Assembly (NCBI GenBank): GCA_918797485.1
Contig: CAKKNE010000003.1
Coordinates: 3,968,001 to 4,032,000, forward strand
Reading direction: 5' to 3'
Source: Pelagomonas calceolata
Lineage: Eukaryota
Length of the DNA stretch: 64,000 nt
In this document: piece by piece, positions 11,388 to 21,400 of the stretch
Layout of the letters: each line of letters begins with the position of its first letter
Position numbering within the stretch: the stretch's first letter is position 1
Position numbers and translations under genes: made by a program
The notes under the pieces: generated by a model
Told to the model about the DNA's origin: nothing
What the model saw: only the letters and a program-made list of their open reading frames with translations
Database searches by the model: none

Positions 11388-11969
11388 TCAGACGCGCACG
11401 GACGCCACGCGCGGCAGCGTGCCCTCGACGCCGCCGAGCGAGACGTGCGACGCCAATAGCGCGCCCTCGCCGAACTCGCCGTAGTGGGGGCTCAACCGCT
11501 TCTTGAAGCGGAAGGGCTCCCGCGTGTCGTAGGGGACACCGGTCTGGGACGGAGCCTCCCTCACGAACGCGAGGTCGAGGCCTTCGCCTCTTATTGATGA
11601 AGCTTCATCCCCAATATGTTGCAGGATGAGGTCGTTCCAGAAGGGCGTGCCGTCCTTCTTGTAGTTTTTTAATACTCTTCTGCTGGAGGATGTGGACCGG
11701 AGCTCTCTTACTAACTCTCTCGCAGTAGTACAATCAGTCTCGGGCCCTTGCAATAATTCTTTATTGGTCCGCCCGAAGGCCTCCACGATGGAATAGCCGC
11801 AGGTCTCGGACCAAGAAGAGTTGCAGTGGACTATTGTGCCGTCCTTCGCGTCGCAGAGCACGATCGGTGTGCTACTCGCGTCGACCATGGCTTTCGCGGC
11901 GTCGAGGACGGTCTTCTGTTGTTTTTTTTCACTGAAGCAGTCGAGGATCAAGGAGAGGAGGGCGGCCAT
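11388..11969 (-). CDS. Stand-alone LOV/PAS domain protein lacking the photoactive Cys
   Basis: IVHCNSSWSETCGYS..GRTNKELLQGPETD..NYKKDGTPFWN resembles the LOV consensus (GRNCRFLQG; NYRKDGTPFWN). Confidence 0.8.
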   Translation of the reverse strand: MAALLSLILDCFSEKKQQKTVLDAAKAMVDASSTPIVLCDAKDGTIVHCNSSWSETCGYSIVEAFGRTNKELLQGPETDCTTARELVRELRSTSSSRRVLKNYKKDGTPFWNDLILQHIGDEASSIRGEGLDLAFVREAPSQTGVPYDTREPFRFKKRLSPHYGEFGEGALLASHVSLGGVEGTLPRVASVRV

Positions 11970-12420
11970 GGCGGCTCTCCGAGGCTGCTCTCAGTTCAAG
12001 GTTGTCAAGCTCGGGATGCCGCGCGCGGCCCGAACCGCCGGCCGCGCAGGGCCTCGAGGGCTTAAAAAAGGGCAACGGAACCTGGTCGCCGAACTCAGTG
12101 CAGCCTCGCGTCGACAGATGAGGTCACCCTGCACTCAGAGCAAAAGCAGCCAAAGCCTCAAAGTTGCCTATTCCGTCCCGGCCCTGTGGCCGTGCAGAGA
12201 CGTCGAGCCGTAGCTGAGCCCGCGGAGACGCGCTGACGTAGCTTGGGAGCAAACGCGCTAGCGTAGAGACACTAGCAAAGCAAGACAGAGCAAGCTGGGC
12301 CGCAGCGTCGTGACGCAGCAACGAGACTGCTAGAACTGTGCAAAAGTAGCATTTTTGCACCAGCGAACTGCCACGGCAGCTCCTAGCTCAAGACCTGCTG
12401 TGAACAGGGCAGGCAGCAGC

Positions 12421-13227
12421 ATGGCACTCGCAAGCATAGTGCTGCTCGCAGCCGCCGCCCAAGCGATGCGACCAGTCACGCGCCGCGCCCTCGCCACGGC
12501 ACCGGCCGCGCTCACACTGCCAGCAAAAGCAACATTTATAGAACGACGGGGCTCGCCCCAGTTCATCGAACGCGAGCTCCAATTACCAACGTTAAAACGA
12601 ACCATGACCCTCACCCAGGCCTTCGGGGCGGCGCGCGGCGCGGCCAAGGACGCGCCGGACGCCGGGGACCGGACGGGCACGTACGGCTGGCCCGGTGGTG
12701 ATTCCTTGGCGTACTACCTCGCGCGGCATCCCGAAATTGTGAAAAAGAAACGTATTCTGGAGCTGGGCTGCGGCACGGGCGCCGTCGGCATTGTCTGTAG
12801 TTGGTTGGGTGCTACGAAAGTGCTGCTGACCGACGGCTCACCGATAGTCCTGGAGACGACTTCTAGGAACCTCAAGGCGAACCGCGCCTCCAGAGCGTCC
12901 CTCCAACGACTAAGGTGGGGCTACGACGACGATTTAGCGAAGGCACAGGCCGGGACCTGGGATTTGGTCGTGGCCGCGGAGGTCGCTTACCAGCGCGAGA
13001 CGTTACCCGCATTTTTAGCTACCGTATCGACACTACTGGCAGAGGACGGCCGGGCGTTGGTCGTCATGACGCCGGAGCTGGCCGACAACGGCCGCGGTTT
13101 AGAAGGCGTCGAGAAGTTGATGCGGTCCGCGCCGGGCCTAGATCTTGTTTCTGTCGAATTGGGCGACGACGACGACGACGAGTCGCTGGGCACGGCGCGC
13201 TACACACTTAAAAGGCGTAAGACCTAG
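12421..13227 (+). CDS. METTL21/family-16 SAM-dependent protein methyltransferase with presequence
   Basis: TGTYGWPGG, ILELGCGTGAVG, VLLTDG, LRWG, DLVVAAEVAY motifs. Confidence 0.85.
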   Translation: MALASIVLLAAAAQAMRPVTRRALATAPAALTLPAKATFIERRGSPQFIERELQLPTLKRTMTLTQAFGAARGAAKDAPDAGDRTGTYGWPGGDSLAYYLARHPEIVKKKRILELGCGTGAVGIVCSWLGATKVLLTDGSPIVLETTSRNLKANRASRASLQRLRWGYDDDLAKAQAGTWDLVVAAEVAYQRETLPAFLATVSTLLAEDGRALVVMTPELADNGRGLEGVEKLMRSAPGLDLVSVELGDDDDDESLGTARYTLKRRKT

Positions 13228-13580
13228 TTGAGCTTCTTCGCCCGGCGCACGCGCGCCTGGCGGTCCGCCTTGAGCTGGGCGATCTCCGCCGCCACGCGTT
13301 CCGGCGTGCGGACCTGCAAGGACCCGGGCTCCGCGCCGACCTGCTCGTCGTGGCGCGCCAGGAATTTCTTCGAGCGCTCGTCCTCGGACGCCGCGTCGTC
13401 GTACTTGCCCATCCAGCCCAGGGCGAACTGGTTGTCCATCGAGTGCTTCGAGGACGGGCCCTTCGTCGTCAGCTTCTGCTCGCCGACGGGGCCGACCGAC
13501 AGGTGTGTCGCGGCGCGCGGCGCGGTCTGCGGCGCGAACGCCGCGGCGGCGCCGAGCATGAGGGCGAGGACGAGCTTCAT
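13224..13580 (-). CDS. Small plastid-targeted hypothetical protein
   Basis: MKLVLALMLGAAAAFAP bipartite presequence; strongly biased codon usage; cag|gtcaccATG acceptor just upstream. Confidence 0.75.
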   Translation of the reverse strand: MKLVLALMLGAAAAFAPQTAPRAATHLSVGPVGEQKLTTKGPSSKHSMDNQFALGWMGKYDDAASEDERSKKFLARHDEQVGAEPGSLQVRTPERVAAEIAQLKADRQARVRRAKKLN

Positions 13581-14221
13581 GGTGACCTGCGTGTGCGGGC
13601 ACCGTCATGCGTTCACGACGCCATCGACGCGACGGCGTGCGGCGCCGGCTCGACGGCGAGGGCGCGGGCCACGGGTCGTGCGACTCCTACCCATCGACGC
13701 GACGGCTGCGCGCGGCAGACGAGCCCTAGGAGCCCCTCTGGTGCTGCAAGCAGCTCGCAGCGATGCCGGCGCAGCGCGACAGCTGGACTGGGCAGTCAGT
13801 GACTGTCGTTATCGCGATTGAACGAGACTGATGCATGCATAGACGCCGGGGCGCGACGCGGGAGGCGGGACAACAAAAGTGGCACTCTTCAGGATCGGCG
13901 CTCGGTTGCCGCGCCGCCGGACCGCGCGCGATGGCTATAAGCGACGCGGAGAGTCTCGGAGACGGCTCCGGCGGTAGGACTACGAAACGGTAGCGCCACT
14001 AGGCCGTACGGGTGCAACCGTTGGCAGCCGCTTGGCGCATGGGAAACGGCGCAAGTGCGACGCCAAGCGGACGACACCAGACAACCTCGCGACGCGCACG
14101 GTCGCGCGCGGCGCCGCAGCAGCAGCGACTAGCGGCTAGATAGCGGCTGCCCCGGCACCCAGCACAAGGGCTGCCCCACAGACCACCGGCTGCCCCAGCA
14201 CCCATCACAGCAGCGAACAAC

Positions 14222-17200
14222 ATGGCCGCCGAAGACGAGGGCGACGGCCCCGTCGCCGCGTTGCTACGGGACGGCCTCGACGCCGAGGCGCCGGCGGAGC
14301 CCGCCGCCGCGCTGCGCCAGAGCGTCAACACGTCCTGGGACGCCTCCGCCGAACGGGCTGCCCTCCGCGACAACCTGAACGCCTACCTCACGCGCGAGGC
14401 CGCCGCCTATTCGGGCAAGGAGAACCAGTGGAAGAACGCCCAGGGCGAGAAGTCCGAGCTCGCGGCCACGCAAGCTAAATTGCTCCGCGAGGCCGAGGAG
14501 TTGAGAAGAAGGGAAGAGCTCGCGCTCGTCGCGAAGCGCGAGCGCGACGCGCGGGAGCAGGATCGCAAGCGGGCTACCGATGAAAGGGAAGCGGCCCTCG
14601 GGGCGCTGTCGCAAACGCTCGAGTCGCACTTTACGCGACTGGGCGCCGACGAAGCGAACGCCGCGCGGCGCCAGGCAGAACTGCGAGCGAGGAGCGACGA
14701 GGCCGCCGCGCGCCTCGAGGAGGTCAAAGCCCAGGACTTGCAGCGGAGGCAGGCCGCTGCGTGGCTCCGGGAAGAAATGGTCCGTTCCGAGCTCGAACGC
14801 GAGGAGCGCGAAGCGGCCATCGCCGCCACCGAAGCGACGCTTAGGGACGAACTGAAACGAGCCCGAGACGAACGGGAGGCCGCCGTCGCGACGCAGACGG
14901 CCGCGGAGGGCCGCCACGCGACGGCGCAGATGCGGGAAGACGCCTGCTTGGATAGGGAGGAAGCTGTTGAGAAACGAGAACTGGGCATGGACGCCATGGA
15001 GGCGTATCTGGCCGCGCGCGAGGCCTTCGCGGCCGAGGACGAGCGCGCGCGCCATACCCTTGCTCGAGATGTTGATGCGAGAGCCCACGCCATCGCTGCT
15101 GCTGATACGTTATCAAAACAACGGCTCGCCGCCCTCGGCGCGAAGTCCGAGCAGCTCGCGGCGACGCGCGATGACCTCGAGGCGCTGGCGCTGAAGGCGG
15201 ACGAGCGGAGCCGCATGGCGGACGACCGCGAGCGTCAGGCGCAACTCGCTGAAGAACGTGCGAAGGAGGAGCAGGCGCGGGCGCTGGCGTTGCTCGCCGA
15301 AGCCGAGGCGAAGCGGCGCGAGGCCGAGAAGGCGCTGGAGGACGCCCTACGGGAAGCCGCGAGGAAGGCGGAAGAAGCTCTGGAGAAGCGCGAGGCGCTG
15401 GACCGCGAGGCGGAGCTTGAGAGAAGGCGGTTGCTGGAACTCGCCGAGGCGAAGCGACGAGACCTGGAAAAGCAGTACGCGGACGAGCTGCGAAAGGCGT
15501 CGGACGAGGCGGCGGGAAAGCGGAAGCAGCTGGAAAATGATATTTTGAAAAGAATGGACAAGTTGGATGATCTGAAGAAGGAGCACGAGGAGAAGATCGA
15601 GAGCGAGAGAGCTAGGTTGCACGACCTCGCGCGCCACGGCGAGGAGCAGCGGCGCGAGATGCTCAAGGACGTGTCTGAGAGAGCAAAAGACGTCGCGGCG
15701 CGCGAGGAGCGCGTGCGGACGCAGAAGCCGCGCATCATCACGCAGACCGTGACTCATCATAAAGAACAACCTTCTCTTGGCGCGTTTGGGTCGTACGAGC
15801 CCGCGGCGTCGCCCGCGCCCACGCGGAGCCCACCACCGTCGTATGGGGCGCAGCCGACGCCGGCCGCGGACCCCTTCACGGATCCCTACGACGTCGCCGA
15901 GGCGAAAGCTGAAGATCTCTATGTCGAGGGCGAGACGCAGGAGGTGGTGCCCCAGCGGAAGCCGCGCATCGGGTTGGGTGCTCTCGCGAAATTAGGTGGT
16001 GCGGCGTCGCGGGCTAGGAAGGCCGCGGCCAAGAAGGCGCGCGAGGCCGAGGAGCGGGCGAAGAAGGAGGCCGAAGCGGCCGCGGCGAAGGAGGCTGCTG
16101 CGAAACGCGAGGCCGAGGAGGCCGCGGCGCGGGAAGCCAAAGCGCAAGCGGAGGCGGCCGAAGCCGCTCGTGCCGAAGAGGAGGCCAAGCGCTTGGCCGA
16201 AGAAGCCGCGGCCCGGGAAGCCGCCGCTCTGAAGGCGGCCGAGGAGGCGGCCCGTGCTGAAGAGGAAGCCAAGCGGGAGGCAGAGGCCGCCGCTGCGCGC
16301 GAGGCCAAGGCCCAGGAAGAGGCGGCCGAAGCGGCTCGTAAATTGGAGGAGTTGAAGCGCCAGGAGGCGGACGCCGCGAGAATCGCCGAGGCCGAGGCCC
16401 TGGCCAAAGAAGCTGCTGAGAAGGAACGGAAGGCCCAAGAAGCATCCGACGAGGCCGACCGCATCGCTGCCGAGAAGGCCGAGGCGGAAAGGATCGCGCA
16501 AGAGCGTGCTGACGCCGAGGCGAAAGAGAAGGAGGAGGCTGATAGGATCGCTGCCGAGAAGGCCGAGGCGGAACGTCTGCTGAAGGAGCAGGCCGAGGCA
16601 GAAGCTAAAAAGTCAGACGAGGCAGACCGGCTCGCGGCAGCAGCAGCTAAGGCCTCCGACGATGCCGACAAGGCTCAGAAGGAGGCTGAAGAAAAAGCCG
16701 ACGAGGCGGAGGAAGCCGTCGAGCGGGAGACTGAGGGCGAGGGTATTCTACCAGCTGCACGCACGATTGGGTTGGGCGCCGTGGAGCAGCTCGGCGGCGT
16801 GCAGCGCTCCGTACAACATCGCGCGCGTTCGCCGCCGGCGCCCACGTCCCCTTACGCGGGCGCTGAAGCTTATACCTTGGCCTATTCGGGCGCCCCGCCG
16901 TCGCAGATCCTGGCCGGGGCGCCGCCGCCGTTGCCGCCTCCGGTTCGGAACCCGACGGGGCCGACCAGCGCCCGAGAGAACGCGCTGGAAGCAAGGGAGC
17001 TGGCTTTGGAAGAGAGGTTGCGCTACGTCGAGGCCATGCTTGCGGCAAAAACGAGGATGGAGGGGAGTGTCTCGCGTGGAGCTGCTTCCCGCCACCCCTG
17101 GATCGAGCCTCGATCCGCGGAACCGCCCGCGCCGGGCAACGACGCCGGCGAGGTAGTGGCGTGGTGCCGCCGTGTCGGTGAGGCGTTAAATTCGCAGCAG

Positions 17201-18422
17201 CTGGCGGCCCACGACGCCGTCAAGCACGCGCACCACCAGATCAAGCTGACGGCCGCGCCGGCGTCGGGCGGCAACGCCTGGGCGTTATTACCGAGGGACG
17301 TGCGCCACGCGCTTCGGGATGCTGTCCAGCAGGGCGATGCCGTAAGAAGAGCCGTCACGGACCTGCAGGCGGTTCTTGTGAGGAGATTTTTAAGATTATG
17401 CTCCCAGAAAGACGGCCATGAGCCTGACTCGGCCCTGAAGGATGCTTTAAGGGTAGTGCGCGGGGCCGCTTCCAGGGAAGTTGTGAGACGAAAGGCGCTG
17501 TGCGCGGCGTTGCATGATGCCCAGTACAAGGCCGCAGAGGGGGTACTGAAAAGAATTCGGGACCGACCACCGTCGGCTTCTGTCGCTAGAGATCTCTTCC
17601 GGCTACGAAAGAACCGGTTCGACGCTTTGAGGTTGCGAACGCCGGCGGCCAAAGCAAGGTTCGCCGCAGCGACGGCGAAGTGGAGCTCGGCTGAGTTCCG
17701 CCGGTTGCTCAGACAACTCGCGCTGCAGTTCAACGGCGACCGCGCGCGGGCTTTCCCGGGGGGTGGTGCCTCGTCGCTAGAGCCGGGTGTGTTCTACGGT
17801 TTTGAGGATGCTGCCCAAGCTCACGCCCCGGCGCCGAGAGTGGAGTGTAGGTTCGACGACGACGGCGACGACGGCGGCCACGCGAACCGGGCCGCGCTCG
17901 TGTTCCAGAGCCCCAAGGATCTCGTGAACTGCTTCGAGGCGCTCGAGAACGACGGCCGATTGGACATCGTGGCGGTGTCGAACGGCTTCCTAAACTCGCT
18001 CAAAGATGTCGCCGACGAGAACACGAAGCCGACGCTAGCTCCTGTGTGGAAATCAACGAATGAGTTAGCCGGGGACAACGTCGCATCGATGGCGTGAGGC
18101 GCCTGAAATTTGATTTCCACACAGGTCAGCTCCCCATGAGGTCGCGCTCGCCGTCGACTTGTTGCGGCAAGGTATCCTCTGCGACGTTCGACTTAGACTC
18201 AGGGCGCTGGAGCGGCCCCAGCGCCACCTCGGCTCGCTGGCATTCTTAGCGGACGCGTCGACGCACGAGGAGATCCTCCTACCCATCTGGCCCGACGTGT
18301 GCCACTACGACGGCTGGTCCCCCAACATCAGCGCGCGGGACCGCGTGCCGACGGTGGCGAAGAGCGTGGACTTCGCGCCGCGCGACTACCGGAAACCTGC
18401 TAGGTGGGGGCAGACGAACTAA
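14222..18422 (+). CDS. Large Ala/Glu-rich coiled-coil protein with degenerate RelA/SpoT-like C-terminal domain; exons 14222-18033, 18125-18422
   Basis: 1291-aa ORF joined to ORF 18159 by a TIR-bounded intron (GC donor 18034 or GT donor 18046, both frame-compatible). Confidence 0.75.
18042..18124 (+). mobile_element. Introner (non-autonomous TIR DNA transposon), short 83-bp copy
   Basis: Perfect 15-bp TIR ctgtgtggaaatcaa / ttgatttccacacag; degenerate 8-bp TSD gctagctc / gtcagctc. Confidence 0.9.
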
Positions 18423-18435
18423 GTTTTGGTCGTTA

Positions 18436-21400
18436 CTAGAAGTTACTATCGAACCAGGGGCTAGAGGGCGCCGGCGGCGGCGGGAGGTCCTCCGGCGGGC
18501 CGCCCGACGACTCCGGCGGCGGCGGTGGCGGCGCGTCTGCGGTCGCGCCGAACGCGGTGGACGCACGAATGGCGGCGCGTAGCTTGTTCGTCGTCGCGTG
18601 GCTGTGGGTGCCCGCAGCCGTCGCCGCCGGTCCGTCGTCCGCCTCCATGTCGCCGGCCGAGAGCGCCACCAACAGTTTCGCGCTGAGCCAGCCGATCGTG
18701 TCGCCAGAAATCACGCAGCACCGTTCCGCGCCGTCGCGCGTCGTCGCTCGCTCGCGCACGGTCACAATGGTGCCGCTGGGCAGGTCCGCGACGAGCGGCG
18801 AGTCCAGCTCGACGCCCGCCCGCAGGCGCGCCCCGCTCTTGCCCGAGACGACGAAGACCGGTGCAGCGGGCCCGCCCGCGGTCTGGGCCCGACCGGCCTC
18901 GATGTCGGTCTTGCCCGCGCGCGACGGGAACCAGCTCGACCGCGACGGCGCTGGTGACGGGGCAGGCGCCGGCGCCGCGCTCGGCTGCGCCTCGAGGTCC
19001 TTCGCCGGCGCTGGCTGGGCCGGCGCCGCGCTTGTCTGCGCTTCCAGGTCTGTCCTCGGCGGTGGCTGAGCCGGCGCTGCGCTCGTCGGCGCTTCCAGGT
19101 CCGTTTCCGCCGCGGGCGCGGCCTTCTTCGTAGGTCCCCTGAACCAGTTCGACCCTGTCTTGCTCGTTTTTGCCGGAGCTGGCCGCGGTGCCGCCTTGGT
19201 CGGCGCCTTCTTGGTTGCTGCAGGCCTCGGCGCCGCCTTAGTCGACGTCTCGGCCGTGGCGGTCCTCTTGGCGACGGGCGCGCGGCCCTTGGCACTCGCG
19301 GAGCTTTTCGCGGGCGCGGCAGCCGTAGGCGCCGTGGACGCCTCCTGCGCCGCCGCGCCGTCGTCGTCATCGTCGTCTTTATCGCCGCCGACGTCGAGCG
19401 AGCTCGTGCTCCGGAAGTTCGAGAGGGCGCGAGCAAACATGGATCTCATGGACCCTTGCCGCTGTTCCGCTGCCCGCGGCGAGCTCCAGGGGCGGATCTC
19501 GGACGTCGAGGAGGGCCGCTTCGGCGTCGTCGCCTTGAGCTGCTTGCAAATGTCGGAAAAGCTCGGCCGCGCGTCCGGCTCGTCGGCCCACGCACTCTTC
19601 ATGAGTGAAATCATGTCACTAGGCATGGTCTTTGGAATGTCAGGCCGCGCGCGCTTGATCAGCACCTTCGAGAGGATCTGCTGCGGCTTGAGTCCCGCCC
19701 ATGGGAGGCGGCGGTCGTAGATTTCCCAGAGGACCATAGCGTAGGAGTAGACGTCGCTCTTCTCCGTGAACACGTTCTCATCAAGAAGCTCTGGCGCCAT
19801 GAAAGCGGGCGTACCCGCGAGGCCGCCGTCGCGCATCGTGCTGGCCGTCGTAGAGGTCTTCAAATCGTCGGCCTTGCCCAACCCAAAGTCAGAGATCTTG
19901 CCGCGGCCATCCAGCGTGAGCAAGACGTTCGCGGCCTTCAGGTCGCGGTGCTCGATCTTGCACGAGTAGAGGTAGGCCATGCCCTGGGCTACGTCGGAAG
20001 CCCAAAACCGTTTGTACTCCGGAGTAATTTCTTCGTCCTCTTTGACCAGCGCCTGTCGCAGCGAACCCCCCGGCATGTACTCCATCACTAAACCGAGGTA
20101 CGTGGCGTCAGTCGTGATGATACCCAGCACTTGCACGATCCGGGGATGTCTCAATCTAACCATGATCGACAACTCCGTCGCGAAGGACTGATACATCTTC
20201 ATGCGCTCCGCAGCGGGCACGCCAACCATATTAATGCATTTAATGCAGACCGTCTCCGCCGCGTACTCGGCAAGACGCACGACGGCCTGGCCGCCGCGCG
20301 CAAATGGATCCGGGTCTACGTATTCGGGCTTAATCTCGAAGTCCTTCAGGTTCTTGCGTTTGTCGCGCCGCGCGGCTCCGTGCTGGAGCTTTTTCTCCAG
20401 CGAATCGGATATATTTTTGACGTGTTCCTTAAATGATCCGTCGCGGTTCAGCGCGGCGAGAATCTGCTTATCCCTTTCAGCGCCCGCCTCAACGGCGGCC
20501 AACAAGTTCTCGTCGCGCCGCACGCCCGCGTTGACCGCCTTCATAATAGATCGGAGGTGCTGCCGGTCGCTGTTTTTGCGCTCCAACATGGCTCGCATGC
20601 CCTGGTCTAGTTTTGCGAGACCTTGGCGTACCTCGAGCCGGAACTCCTGCAATTCGGTCGCGATCTCCGTCGGCGGCACATGAGCATCGACAGCAACAGA
20701 GGTAATCGCGACGGCGTCCTCCGAGAGCGCCGCGGCCGCCTTCTCCTCGGATTCCCCTTTCTCGACGACGCGCTTCGCGACGAGCGCCGTGATGGACTGC
20801 TCGATCTGGTAGGTTCGCTCCATCATTTTCGCATCAATTGCCAACTGGTAGCTCAGCCGGAAGACGCCCAGCTGCTCGACGATGCGCTTATCGATGCGGC
20901 CCAGCTTCTTGACGTGGCTCTGCATGGTGAACGCGCGCTTGAGCCAGCCCTTCTGCCCGAAGGCGCGCACGGCCGCGTGGAATTCCTTCAGTAAGTCGAT
21001 GAGCCGCTGCATGTTCGCTTGGGCAATATCTTTGCCGTCTGAGCACTTCGAGACGTTCTTCGACATGAGATCAACCACGTCCAGGACGTCGATGACGCGC
21101 CGCGCCGCAACGAGGACGTCGTCGGCTTTCTCCGAGAACTCCTCGACGTCACCGAGAATTCCCTTGGCGACGTCGCAAAGCGGTCTGACGAGCGGCAGGC
21201 CGCTCGCAGCGCCGAGCAGTGCCGAGGTCACGGTCATGCCTCGTTCGACCACAGCCGTCGTGTCCTTGTGCCGCTGCAGCAGAGCCTCGCGGGTCTTCGG
21301 ATCGTAGCCGGTCTCCTCGGAGCCTCGAAGCGCGGCCGCTTCGTCGCCTTGCCGCAGCGCTGCCTTTGTCCGTCTCCTGCGCCAGACGACGCCGCCGCCG

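Noticed and set aside
14264..16671. Multiple minus-strand ORFs of 140-270 aa
   Set aside because: Antisense of the Ala/Glu coiled-coil gene; stop-poor because of high GC
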